Notes: generated from the letters alone by a model not told the origin. Positions 41,301-53,995 are shown, counted from the stretch's first letter. The stretch is 64,000 nucleotides of DNA from Gordius albopunctatus (GCA_964276515.1 OZ193909.1:14198001-14262000); one strand, 5' to 3'. Numbers and translations: made by a program.

Positions 41301-44300
41301 ACATGCTCCGGAGTGTGGGGAATAAACTGTGAAATTTTGAGGCAAATAGGTCTGGTATTTCTCCAAAATTTGTGGCGGCACACATACAAACATACATACT
41401 TTCGTTTTTATATATAAGATTTAACATTAAGAATTTTATTTGAAATGTTAAACGGCAAAGCATTTATAAGTCAGAAATCAAACTCCCTCTATAGATCGAA
41501 GAACTAGCAATGAAAAAATAAATATTTTCATGTAATTAAATATTAAATGATTGAATTTTAACCTGTAAGATTGGTTGGGATTGTAAATGGGTTGGCTAGG
41601 GAATTCCAAAATTTCTCTGATCGGGTATAAAGTTGTATCAGGCGAATTCGGGCCCCGCTGAGTAGGGTCATCTTCGAGATAATGCCCTTGCGGACTCATA
41701 CAATTCCTGACGGATGAGGGGCAAGGGAGAAATTCCAATTTCATAGTTACTAAGCACCCAAATAAATAAATTAAAATTTAGTTGTGTTTTTGTGTATATA
41801 TGCATGGGCGTAGCTAGGGGGGGGCAGGTAGGTTCGGCTGCCCCCCTTGAAAAGAATTCTTGGAAATTTATTAAAATTTCAGCAAATGATCATTTTGCCC
41901 CTCCTGAATCATCCCCCACTCTAATTTCAATGCTGGCTACGTCCAACATGCACATAATGTGTATTGTAGTTAATAGGATATTCATCGTCTATTTAATTCA
42001 TTATATATAATGAATATTACAGTTTAATTTCAATTTGTCATAATAGTTTTAAATATTTCGGTGTATATAGTGTGTTTATTGCTCAATAAAGATGGTTCAT
42101 GGAGCATACGCAAAAATGCTATAATTTAACATAAAGTTTACAAAGATATTTATACCCATAAACTGCATAGCAATTAATGTAGTATATATATGAATGATAT
42201 TTATTTTTGTATAAGTTACCAGGAATACATCTCGATTTTTTGAGCGCTACAGCGTTGGCTTTCTTGATATCCAACAAATTTTTGTATAAATCTTCGTCCG
42301 AAATCTTATCGGATTCCTGTTAAGTCAATCATTTAAGATAACATTGAAATGTTCTCTATTTTTTTTAAATACTGCACGTGCAAAGTCGATTTGTAGATTT
42401 AAGGTATAAAGTTTAGCTTCGGAATATCAAGGAAATCGAATATAAGTTTAAAAATCACTTTTTACCAAAAATTTTGGTCAATTCCTTATAAAACCCATAT
42501 TACTTTACAGGATTATAAATCGGATAAAAGGGTTTAGAATGCTAAAATAAAATATGTTTTCCCACAATATTACATCATCACTATTAAAAATCGATTGATA
42601 TCATAACACAATAAGTAAAAAAGATCTACTACAACGTTCTTTATTAATAGGTTTTGTACAAAGATAGATCGTTGATGCCCCGAAATAAAATTAGAAAAGA
42701 TAAATTATTCTTAAATTTTGGTAGTTATTATAACAAACGTTTAATATAAAAGGTATACGACTCTAGTAAAATTTTCATGACTATAAAATATATTTGTATG
42801 AAATATATGAAATTTAGAGCTATTTCCCCATCTAACGAGAAGTGATACCTGTTTAAACAAGCTAGTCACAGTGGTGGTAAAAGGTTTAAAATTTCGGTAA
42901 GCGTAATCCAATCCAGCCAAAGGAACGGAACAGAAATGACAGCAACACGGCAATGTTGATTCCAAAGTAGTGTCATTTCTATTGAAAGCTTCGAGAGATT
43001 CAATGTTGGGCGAAGTCATTAAGTCACGGGGTAAACTGCCCCTCTGCCTACAGGCATTACCACCGTGGATGAAAGGTGATGAGAAGTAATAGTTTGAAGG
43101 CTGGGGCGAGCTTAGTTTAGCCTTGGTAGTATCGCTAGTTAGCTTATCTATTAATATTCATTCATATATCAATAATAATATAAAACTATAAAACAGATAA
43201 TCTTGACGTGTATGCATGATTTTTTTAAAACGTCCTAGCGGCTATATAATTGTGATTGCTTTTTGAAGTTATATCCTTAAACTCTATGTCATCTGTTACC
43301 AACATGTTTTGCAGTTAAATGTAAAGTTAGGTGTCATGATAACTTTTGTATAGGAGTCGTTGAAAGGCATTCCTAGTCATATATACTTGAGCGAAAAGCT
43401 TAGATTTTAGTACACTTAAAAGCAAATTCCAAAAGTCCATAAAAAATTAAACATTACAAACTAAATAAGGAGTATAATAATTATATTTTAAAAAGAAAAA
43501 TGTTTACAAGTCTTTTTTACTAAATTAGACCACACATCGCTTCCCCTTGTATATATCCCAAAATTACCAACGGCTATATCATGGTAATAGAAGAGGACAA
43601 AATAATCGGTTAAAAAATAATAATTAGAGTCGAGACGGATTTGGCTTAGATTAACATTACCAACAACTCTAAAAGGGATTGTTAAGTAATTGCCTTTATT
43701 GAAAATTTGTTTAAGATTGTTATAAGTAAAGGCTTTTAAATGCAAAAAACTTTAATTCAAAGTTGAATTTTCAAAGTGCAAAATATATCACAGGATTCAA
43801 ACCTAAGCTAAAATTGGATTTAGAATTCTTATCTTTCTCCAGGCTCAAGCCCCTTTCCAAACTGGTACTGGAGGCCGGTTTGCTACCCGCTATTAGATTC
43901 GTCAAATTTATCGCTGTCCAAGCGAAAGGCATCCGATATTGCCCACGGTGTTCACACCAATACTTAGCGTTACTTTTCACCTTCTCTCTGTTCTACGGGC
44001 GATGGCGTTGAATTAAAAATTAATTACATTAAAACTAAAACTATATTCTTGTAAATACTTCTACACAAATATATCGTAAAAAAGTATATAATAGGATGTA
44101 AAAAATTAGCTCCATTGTTTATTAACCAGCAACTATTGCGACTTCATTTTATTTAATACTAAGTTTTTACTCATTTTTTTATAGTAAAACTTTAGTTTTA
44201 TTAATTATAACTTAAGCTTCTTCCAGTTTAAATTATGTTTAATCATTCAGAGACGTTATGTGGAGAAAAACCATGAATAAATGTAATCTTTAAAACAATT

Positions 44301-47300
44301 TGCCACTATTAAAAAAAACAATTTTTAAATATTCAACACTTTTTCCTCCAATTTAACGTAGGGTTCCACGACGTCAGATATTTCGCCTTGCTGCAGAACT
44401 TTCTCGAATTTCATAACCAAATACAGGTCGGGAGAGGGGAAGGTGAGGTGAAATATGCCACAATTGCCCCTGGTACACGCGTCTCTCGTGCTCGGGTTGT
44501 TCGCGTGACGGGACATGAGTTTGTTCAAATTTTCTCCGTTCATGTCGAAATGAAAATTTTCCGAAATCTAGTTTGAAGCATGAAAATATGTATTCGTTAG
44601 AGTAAGGGTGCGTTCGTGATGACGCGCGAAGCGAAAAAAGGCGAAGCTAATTTTTGGGCTAATTTATCAAACTCTTCATTTTTTTATTAATATCTTTCTA
44701 TTCACCCCGAAATTTATCATTTATCAATGTTATTCATTGATAAGATCGTAATTATTCTATAAAAATATATAATTATATAAAAAATACGTACATAATACCG
44801 CATTCAATTTTTTAACCATTGCGCGAAAAGTAGAAAATGATTTGCATCTTATTTTCCTTAGCTTTTTGCCGCAGGCGAAAATAGTCGTCTGCGGTTTCAC
44901 CAAGAACGCATCCGATTCAAAATTCTTATTTTCGTGATAAATGATAAATTTTACGATTAATATAAAGATATTAAGGAAAAAGAATGAATAGTTTGATAAA
45001 TTAGCTCTAAACTTCACTTCGCTTTTTTCGCTTCGCGCGTCATCACATGGACAACGTGAAGTGTCTTGACGCTGCTTCCTTAACTTTGTCTTACTAAACA
45101 GACGCATTAAAAGTGTCAATGAAAAATTTAAGTTTCCTTATTTACAACTTTTTGGCAAAAAATAGGGGGCGAGCTCGCTGAACAACCGGTTAAAAGTATA
45201 TATAGAGATTGATTTTAAGAAACTATATTACAGTATAAGTCAATACCTATGCAATAAGCAAACAAAGCCAGAAAGTCAAGCATATTTGAATTCATATTTT
45301 TAACCGACCTCATTTTTTAAAATGACCAAGTAAAAAAGTTTTTAATCGGGGAATACGTTAAACCCGGCTGCTTTGCTAAGATATTTCCGTTACACATTTT
45401 TTCATAAAAAAAATTTTAAAAAATGCATGGCAGAGTCCCAGACAAAATTTTATATCTTTCTTTCGATTTCCATAGCGCCACCCTAGCCAAAATTACTTGG
45501 ATTTTTTCGTGCTGGGCCAATTATATATGTAACCATTTTTATGATAATTGGTTTGGGGTCGGGTGGCAAACCTAGCTTTAATAGAATTATAAACTAGTAA
45601 CTATAATAAAACGCTATTTTAACGACTTTGCTAATAATTTCCTAATTTTTCCTATTACGCAACGGGCAGTTTTTTCTAATTTTACAAGCCAAAATACCAC
45701 AGCTTAGATAAAGAGTCCTGAATCTTACCTTTTTTTTAAGGTTCAAATCGTACAGGGACGCACTAACAAATATGGGTTCGATGTCTATGTTAAAATTGAG
45801 GTTGAGGCATCTGAACATAATTTTGTGACCGCTGTGTTCGGTAGGCAAAGGGCCGTTGAATCTAGGCTCCAAGGCATCAACCTACGGAAAATAGTTATAT
45901 TTTGATCATCTTAACATAAATTTAAGAACTGAAACACAAACCGATATCTAACAAAAATTATCATTAAAGTCGTAGTTAAAAGTTGCGTATCGCTGTATTA
46001 CATTAAATTTTAAGTTCGGGAAACGTGTGCAGCAGAGGTTTTGCAAAATGCAATATTCAATACTGGGGCAAACCCTGATGCCACTCTATAATTTTCGCAA
46101 ACCTCAAGTAATAGCCTAGACGGGGGGAGGGCCAAGGCGGGGTAAGTATGCCCTGACTATAAATTCAATTATTTTATTATTAATAAAATTATAATAAAAA
46201 AATCTCTACCACCACCACCCCCCCCCTATTAAATTACTGCTTTAGCTATGTTTCCCACTTCATTTTAATGATTTATTATTTAATCCGTTAGTAAACAGCA
46301 ACGACACATATAGTTTATATATTGTAAACGAATGTTCGAATAGCCAATTTTTAGTGAACCGTGTAGGGAATTTCGGATTAAATTAATCAACGACCCACTA
46401 GTTAGGTTATGATTATGTTAAAATCTATATGCTTAATAAGGTCAAATGAGCGAATCGCTCTCTTTATTTGGACACGAAGAATCGGTACTTATATCCATTG
46501 CCATTCTAATTATTATCATCATTCGAGCAAGGAATTATAAAGATTTAAAACATCTAAAGTTGAAGAAAAACGTAGTAAAATTGTCTAATGCCTCGCAACA
46601 AACGTCCTGCACGGGGGCCGCCCTCGGGCCTCAGTCTGAATTCTACGAAGCATAATATAAGACTTTGGAAACACAAAATTGGCACGCTCTGTGCTATGCA
46701 GCAATTATAAGATCATAATGTCATCATTTAAATCCTTTTATCCTCCATATAATATTAGGTTTGAATATTATCAGTAAGCACGGGTGTATCCAGGATTGGA
46801 TTAAGAGGGGAGGGGGGCAATAATGATTTAAAGAGTGTCAAAATTACATTTTTTGAGATTTTAACCACATTTATGTGCAATTTTAAGGCTTTTTTTTTAT
46901 TTAGGGGGGTAGCAGTCGCCCCTACCTGCCGCCCCCTGGCTACGGCCATGGTACCAAGTGTAAAATATGATAGAAATGTAACACCTTTTACAGAGAAACT
47001 TTTAAGACCTTAAAATAAGGTTGAGGTGGTATGGGAATATTATAAAATAAAAGTTTCAATTGCCTTAAGTTGGTTAATTCATATAATATATATTAGTTGA
47101 AAAAATAAATATAATTTTAAACAAAAAATTGTATACTCCAAGGTGTTGAAAGTAATATTCAAAGTAGGTGTCTGGCCTATCTTGATTTCTCAATGATTCA
47201 TTGATTCTATCTTGATTCTCATTATGATTATTGTGGTCGAGCACAGGTAATACCAATGGATCTGTGGTCAAACTTCTCTCAGGATCTTGATTTTCAAGTT

Positions 47301-47897
47301 GTTGTATGTTGCTTATTATTTTGCTCTAAGTTTTTAATTAATAAGTTAAAATAATAATAGAAAAAACCATAAAAACTTCTAAAAACATTTGTATCCAATT
47401 TTACATTATTATTTACTTTTTCATTTGAATTATTTTCAATATCAATCTCATATATATGGATGGGAAAGGTTTCTATAAGCTCCCACAGTAAATTTTGTTT
47501 TTGTTTTAAAGTAGTTACCATATTAAAGCACTTGTATCTACATAAATTAATAAAAGGTTATTTTATTTACTTTCTACAAATTTGCACCCAATCAGAAGTA
47601 TAGTTTATCAGACAATCCTTGACACTATTTACCATATATCTAATACATTTAAAAAATTGGAATGTAGCTTACTCCTTCACTGTACTGTTTCTACATTTAT
47701 GAGGTAAAATACTGATGGACAAATCATCCAATGGAAATTTAAAGACACGCCATAAAAAGTCATGTTCAATAATATTTTTATGTTGGCAAAGAAAATCTTC
47801 AAAATCTAATGGATCCAAGACCTCCTGAAAATAACCATGCTATAATATAATATATATGCAATGCAACCATCTGTCAGACTAAACTTACAAGCTTCAT
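17395..47897 (-). CDS. DOCK7: Dedicator of cytokinesis, DOCK-C subfamily (DOCK6/7/8, Zir-like) Rac/Cdc42 GEF, ~43 exons
   Basis: N-terminal [36 protein letters not shown]-1/C2 motifs ([32 protein letters not shown]); DHR-2 motifs ([67 protein letters not shown]). Every splice site inspected is GT-AG. The start (MKL, 47897) is inferred. The symbol denotes the subfamily, not proven one-to-one orthology. Confidence 0.95.
17595..17697. mobile_element. hAT-type MITE (TAGTGTCGTAAAAACGGCTGGGG family) in the last DOCK intron
   Basis: TAGTGTTGTAAAAA...TTTTTACAACACTA with a perfect 8-bp TSD ACACATAG. Relatives at 28290-28370, ~30975-31024 and ~34170-34330. Confidence 0.88.
19380..20283. mobile_element. 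Second copy of the TA-flanked GGGGAGACCGGG element
   Basis: Collinear reverse complement of 7343-8289 over nearly its whole length, with TA flanks. Confidence 0.85.
23769..23896 (+). repeat. ~130-bp repeat, inverted partner of 26375-26505
   Basis: AAAATACCTTAATCACTTGGTCTGAATGAAAGC...AATGCCCATCACACGA; roughly 90% identical by eye to the reverse complement of 26375-26505. Confidence 0.9.
24413..24572. mobile_element. hAT-type MITE (CATGGGCGTAGCCAG family)
   Basis: CATGAGCATAGCCAAGG...AATGCTGGTTACG; same internal sequence as 13421-13588. Confidence 0.8.
25060..25121 (+). mobile_element. Extreme 3' fragment of an RTE LINE
   Basis: GATGGAAGAAACTCATCAAAACAAA is identical to 31860-31884 and is followed by a (GAA)n tail. 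Confidence 0.7.
26375..26505 (-). repeat. ~130-bp repeat, inverted partner of 23769-23896
   Basis: Reverse complement match to 23769-23896. Confidence 0.9.
28290..28370. mobile_element. hAT-type MITE (TAGTGTCGTAAAAAC family)
   Basis: Perfect TIR TAGTGTCGTAAAAACG / CGTTTTTACGACACTA. Confidence 0.85.
31515..31921 (+). mobile_element. RTE-clade LINE 3' fragment, antisense in a DOCK intron
   Basis: Translation with lesions: [48 protein letters not shown], the typical RTE C-terminus. Confidence 0.9.
33165..33310 (+). mobile_element. 3' end/UTR fragment of the CRE-like LINE family
   Basis: GATGACACATGCGAC..TTCGTTTTTATAATGTTCTTA..CAAATAAACAA matches the reverse complement of 59468-59610. Confidence 0.8.
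39414..39584. mobile_element. hAT-type MITE (CATGGGCGTAGCCAG family)
   Basis: GGGCGCAGCCAGCATTG...TGGCTACGCACAT. Confidence 0.8.
40443..41419 (-). mobile_element. Non-autonomous Helitron with nested MITE fragments
   Basis: On the minus strand: 5' A|TCTTATATATAAAAACGAAAGTATGTATG; 3' hairpin GGCAAAACAACGTTTGCC followed by CTAG|T. Inserted between A and T with no TSD. Confidence 0.85.
41803..41950. mobile_element. hAT-type MITE (CATGGGCGTAGCCAG family)
   Basis: CATGGGCGTAGCTAG...CTGGCTACGTCCAACATG. Confidence 0.8.
44606..45056. mobile_element. Foldback MITE with ~110-bp arms (PIF/Harbinger-like left end)
   Basis: TAA|GGGTGCGTTCGTGATGACGCGCGAAGCGAAAAAAG... pairs with ...CTTTTTTCGCTTCGCGCGTCATCAC. 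The right tip is degraded. Confidence 0.75.
46779..46950. mobile_element. hAT-type MITE (CATGGGCGTAGCCAG family)
   Basis: CACGGGTGTATCCAG...CTGGCTACGGCCATG. Confidence 0.8.
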
Positions 47898-50800
47898 TCT
47901 TACAAAATTTATAACAGATGCTCAACACATGTAAGTGTGTATATAGGTTGCAGTCAATTGATTACCAGATATCATAGCCTATCTTACCTACAATTAATTA
48001 AAATTAGACCTAGTAGCGGCTAGAGTTAGATTTAGTGTGAGTTTGAGTCGTAATGGTATGTACCTCATATGTCTGTTTATGATGTTATATAACATTAGCC
48101 CAATTATTTTAGCGGTTTTTAACGCGAAGAAATCTTATTATACTATAAGATGATAAAGCGGCTTTAAAATATATATGCTTAGTCGCGCATTCAGAAATAT
48201 TAACCTTATACTACAATTTTTTAATTGGCCTTAAAGAAAAATTCAGAATTTTTAAACATTTTTAGCCTTAAAATACGATTGTCATGATTGAATAATTGTT
48301 GGGCATTCCATCATTTAAGATTATTTTATCACTATTAGTCGGGTCTATTATATGAACAGCTTTTTATATTTATAGATTCTAGTATAAAACATAATTGCTA
48401 TTTAATTGCATTAATTTAAAAATGTAGAACATGGTTAGTTTAAAGTGGGGTAAACCCTTAAAAGATGCTATTTTAAAAGGCATAAACATCAGGGATTAAA
48501 TGTGATTTGATGCTAATATTATAAATCTTATGATTTCAAGATTTTCAGATCTCTGTGATGATAACAATATTAGCAGCCGTACTGCATACAATGTTTAAAA
48601 CAGACTGGGCTTGGATAAGGTTATACTAAAATTGAGAGGAAAAGTATAGAATTTTAAAGTCAATAAATTCAATATTGCTACTAAATGCAGAAAATGTAAG
48701 CCCCGAACTTACAATGGGTTGCATTTTCTAGATATCAAATAATATTTGATAAAAAAATATTCTAATTCGAAACTTTTGGATTATATAAAAGCTGTTGTCA
48801 TCAGTTTAAATATAATTTTTATATTATTTTTAATCGAGACTTGATTATAAATTCTTTAGTCTAAAATGTAATCTGCTGTGACTTTTCATGCTACTGAGAA
48901 ACTAAATCGAGTATCTTAATTTCTTTAGTCCTTATCCAACCCCACTGCAAAGATTAAATGAACGATAGTTTAATTCTTATTGAGACATCTCATCTCGCTT
49001 TTAAAATTCATAGGTTAAGATTTGAGATTTCACATTTTGGTTATTTAAAATTTAACTCTTAATTTTAGCCCTTGATCTATATTTTGACCAAACGTTAGTA
49101 TTTCTGGCGATTGGTAAAAAGACAAATTTCAGGGTTATTTTTCTGTGAATATTATTTTTTCTCTGACCAAATATTTAAAGCAATAAAAATGATATGTTAA
49201 AAAATATAAGGTTTACTATTTATTAACAAATGTCTTAAATAGGTTATAGGGTAATAAAAATTAGTCCACAGAAAGTGTCAATCTTAAACGATTTATTATT
49301 TTGGTAAATAAGTTATAGATTTTTTAACAGTTTAATTTGATATTTATTGATGATAAACTTTGATTTTTCTTTTTATACAATTTGATATTTAATATCTAAG
49401 TTAAGCATACTCGAAGCAAATTATTTAGCTCCCCCATGGAAAGACATCCTTAACATTTAAAACAGAAAAATTAGTACTTTTTTCTGGAGGTTAATATGAA
49501 CCTGCCTCCAGAAATGCTTTATATCCCGTAAACTATAGGTCTAAATAGACAAAATTTGTATAAAGATTCTACATTATTTTTTGTGCCACGAATAAAAGGC
49601 CCCTACACTTAATAACTTGTTTAGGACATATCAAAATTGTCGAGTCATGTAGTGCTGCAGCATAGGTTAAACCAAATTTTATTCAGATTACCGTTTATTA
49701 ATTCATGTTAAAGCAAGCTTTAATGGTTTTACACCACTTGGTGTCTTTCTATTACATATATAATGATAAGTATTGACTAATTCTAGGTGTATTTATATTA
49801 GGCCAAATAATTATGTTAACCTTTAATAAAATCATAAAATTGTTTGTAAAAAACATATATATTGGACATTCCCCTGCGCCTAAAATTATAATTTTAGTTC
49901 CTGATTCATGTTTAAAAATATTTAGTTCATTTTCTTCCTTATTTAAAATGTATCTATTTCCAGCAAATGATCCTCGAAAATTTTTTAAACAACTCTAAAT
50001 TCTATCTAAAACAAAAAAGTCATTAGTAAAATTAAAATAACAGTTTTTAGATAGTTATATAAAACAATAAATTTTTTAAAGACGTCTATGCAGCTGCAAC
50101 TCGAAGAGCTAACTTTAGGTGATGGGTATAGGTTAAAAGTGGTGAAATTATATTTGATATTAACTAACATGTTTACTTTTAAAAAAAGGTTTTGAGAACT
50201 TTAGGAAACATGATGTATGCTCTAGTCTAGACGAATACTTTTTTCAAAATTAGATAGAGAAAAATTATTGCAGTCTCTACAAAACTCGTTCTTAAAAACC
50301 TAGTGAATATTTAAATAAATCCAAATATCAAACTTGCCTAATTTAACTAGTTAAATATTTAGGTTGTTAAAACACTTTAAATAATCAAAATTGCTATAAT
50401 CTATATGGCCTTCCCTTATTTGTGCAAATTTCTAAATGGCAGAAAACGGTACACTTTTTAAAGTTGATGAGCAGTGTAATTAGTCTACGGCCATAACGTT
50501 CTGCATCTTTGTTCTTTACGCACAAAAATATTATCACTATTAATCATATTAAAAAATTGATGAAATAATCTCAAAATGAAAATTAGACTAGTAAATCTTT
50601 CGCCTAAGGGTAAATCTCTATAGGTCAACATTACATTGTAATTTCTAAGGATGATTATTATTTTTTGTTGAAAATTATAAATGAAACATATTTTTTAAAT
50701 GTGTCGTTTTTAATATTCCTAAACTAAATATATTGTTCTGATATAGCTACCGTGGTTATGTACCTTATTAATTAAAAATTATACCCCATATTTCTTTTCA

Positions 50801-51150
50801 AAGACAACCACGATATCACAAAATATGGTAAATCTAATTATAATTTGCTGGTAATTAAACATAGGGAATATTTCATTGCAAATTATATAGAATATTGTAA
50901 ATCATAGTATTATGTACAAATATTTGAAAGAAAATTACATCGTACGCCAATACCTCAGCGATACATTTTGGAGATGTAGATTTTGTAATTGGTTTGATTT
51001 CCTTGATTGTGCCAAACCTAAAAATATTATAATTATTAGAATTATATGATACCCTAAAAGCCCTGGTTTAATCTATAAATTTTAATTTAAAATTAAATTT
51101 ATGTATTTCCCGATTTACTTAATTTAATAAATAGATATGTAAATCCGTTT

Positions 51151-51844
51151 TCAGCACTGTATGTGGTAGCCCAAAATATCTTTAAAAATCTTGTGGCACC
51201 CACCACAATTATATATATGACATTCAAAATATTCATGATTGGGGCAAGTAACGTCTTTGCATATAGATACATCACATTCGTAGGGAACTAATCCGGCGGG
51301 GCAGAAATGACGACGTGGTTGATTTATATTTCGATTTTGTATGATATTATTAGCTGTGTAATAAATATTTTATGAGTTAGTTTCTTGCAGCAATTCTTTA
51401 ATAATATAAAAATGTAGAGAATTAATAAAAAAAACCTGGGCCTCGATAATGAACTTGTTGTGCGACGCTATTGTTATCTCTGAGTAAAGGTGAAAAGGAC
51501 AAATATACATTGCCCTTCTTATTGGATGAAGTTAGATTTTCCGCCAATTCTGTCGTATACACTAAACTATTGGCAGAAGGTATGGGCTCCAAAGTAGTTG
51601 GGTTTGGGTTGATTAATGGAGTTGTATCAAGATTAGTTTGAACAGTGTCTAAATTGTTTTCCTCATTCTTTATTATGTTAACATCATTTTGGTAAGTTTC
51701 TGATGGAATTTCCGTTGTTACTGTAATGCTAGGTGCAGTTTGGTTAAAAGTACCCTCGCTAACAATCGCACTTTGGTCCGACAATTGCGCTATAATCAGA
51801 GAAATCATATAAAAAAATATAATTAAAAAATTTAATAAAGTCAT
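51151..51844 (-). CDS. 8-Cys-repeat secreted-type ORF 3 (exons 51844-51436, 51353-51151; ~203 aa), or the terminal exons of a longer gene
   Basis: Leader MTLLNFLIIFFYMISLIIA-Q, a Thr/Asn-rich stalk, a phase-1 intron, then CPAGLVPYECDVSICKDVTCPNHEYFECHIYNCGGCHKIFKDILGYHIQC*. Confidence 0.7.
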
Positions 51845-51972
51845 CTAGAAAAATAAGTCTACGGATAGTAAATTAAAAACTTTGCTAACTTAAAACGTAA
51901 TTTCAGCCTCGTCATTAGTTGGAATTATGAGCAAAAAGTATATTAGGTTATATTTCTATTTCTTTAATGAAA

Positions 51973-53913
51973 TCAACCAATAATACCATTCGTGTCAATG
52001 GCATTAGCTGAAGGTAATTGCCCGTCGTTCAAGCCTTGTTTAATTTGTTGTTGCGGATTTTGAAACGGCATGTTAGGATAAGTGGGAGGAATAGACCCCA
52101 TCCCATATAATCCTTGCTCCTGGATGGGATTCGATCCGTAATACCTCGGAACTCCACGTAACTGAGGCTCTGGGTACAAAGTTCCATCTCCCTGATTACT
52201 TGCAAATATGGGAACCGCAGGTCCACCCGCATTATTAAGGTATATTGGATTACCCACATCTGGTAAACTTCGATACCTTGAAAAGCCCATATCTTGTGGC
52301 GCATTAATCAGACCTGGAGGAGCACCGTATGTGTTTTGATTAGGAGCAATATTTTGTGGATAATCTTGTCGGTTGTGTATGGGCACATTGTAGCCTCTGA
52401 TCATAGATTCGTGCGGTGGAGCAATGTATGGGAGGTCTCCTGTTTCCCTTTGTTCGCTATAATCAGGACCACCGTAAGGTTGAATTCCATCAGGTGCGTA
52501 TGGACTATTCATGGAAGATCCATCTTTAGTAGGTACTTCATGAAGCAAAGGCCTAGCTCCTGAATTCTGTCTGATACGATTGCGACCAAAGTTATCTATA
52601 AGAAACGGTCGGTAAGATTCCGATGCTTGTGTAGAAATCTCTTTATTGTCAGGGCTTGTAACAACTTTTTCTGTAACAGCATTAATAGATTTTAAGGTTG
52701 GCGTTTCTTTTGGTATTATTTTAATTGATGAGGTAATAACGCTTTTGACTTCTTTGGCACGATTGATGGACAACTGTTTATTGTTAATAGGGAACTCTTC
52801 ATCTATGCTGCTATAATAGAGATAAAATATATTCATTTGATAATTATAGAAGCTTTTAATAGTTAGTTATAAGAGCACTCCGACTTAAAAATTTTTTTAA
52901 AAACTAAACATCCAAAAGAACTAAATATTTCGATAGGTTAATATAAACATATAGTAAAAAATATATACTCTGTAGCCCTATTAATATCAGAGGGTGTTGG
53001 GGGATTAACGGAATCCATAGTAGTACCCGTTGGGTAAGAGTTAAATGATTTTTCCGATTTTGGAGAAGTATTCTTAATCTTGAACGATGGAACTGATGGC
53101 GAGACATAACTTTGTGTAGTAGACTTTACGGTAGATTTGACTATTTTAATTAATAAATTTATAGCATTAAGGAATTTATACAAAAAAATATTAACCAATG
53201 TCTATGCCTCAAGTGATTTATCTCCTTAAAATTGCCATTTATTTTTTAATACATTTCATTTCAGTGTATATTGAGTTGAATAAAACAGGCAATTTCCTAA
53301 CCTGTAGCGTCTTTGATCTCAAATTTCGGGAATGTTCTAGACGATTTATGAGCCACTGCTAGAGTTGGTCTAGTTTTTGGTTCGATCGAAGTCGTTTCGA
53401 TAATTTCTTGGTACGGATCATAAGATTTGCCTGTGTCACAATCAACTTCGAAACCCTTATCATCGTAGAAAACGGCGTAGCAGCCACCGCAAGGGTAGGG
53501 AACGCAATGAGCTTTCAAGTTTCCTTTGCATTTTAACAATTTACAAGGGTTTTGCTCGCATTTAGCTTCCTTTACTCCAACTGGACAATTTTGACCTGGT
53601 CAATTTAATTTTTAATTTTATAAAAATGAAGTCAAATTTAGGCAAAAAGTAAATGAAAAAGTCTAAAATTTGTATTTAAGTCTTAATTTTAAGTTTGTAT
53701 TATAGAAAGGTTATTAATTAGCTAAAAGCTATGACAGATATATTTTGTTCTACAAAATTCAGTGTAAATTTATAATATACATTATAGATATAAAGGATTG
53801 TTAAAACTAGGGTATTTTAGGTCTTAAAATAGGTAAAAAATGTGATTAACTCTATTCTTACCTCTTGAATTAAAAGAGATAATATAAATTAGAAATGTAG
53901 GTGAAAGCTGCAT
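51973..53913 (-). CDS. 8-Cys-repeat secreted-type ORF 2 (exons 53913-53862, 53595-53302, 53140-52969, 52810-51973; ~451 aa)
   Basis: Leader MQLSPTFLIYIISFNSRG with a strong AG|GTAAGA donor; repeat CPVGVKEAKCEQNPC..CGGCYAVFYDDKGFEVDC; then S/T-rich and P/G/Q/N/Y-rich low-complexity regions. All junctions are in phase. Confidence 0.72.
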
Positions 53914-53995
53914 TTTTACATTAGTCCAATTGAGAAGCTCATCCTAGGTTAAAATATTAGAGGGCTGTGTACCCACATTAACTACTAACTAAACC

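Noticed and set aside
17395..47897. Non-canonical or U12 introns, or an alternative genetic code, in DOCK
   Set aside because: The junctions inspected are GT-AG, no GTATCCTT donor was seen, and the exons read without internal stops in the standard code.
48760..48806. Hammerhead-like CTGATGA..CGAA on the minus strand
   Set aside because: It lacks the GAAA core and convincing stems.
52029..52563. Overlapping alternative-frame and antisense ORFs
   Set aside because: Shadows of the GC-richer exon 52810-51973.
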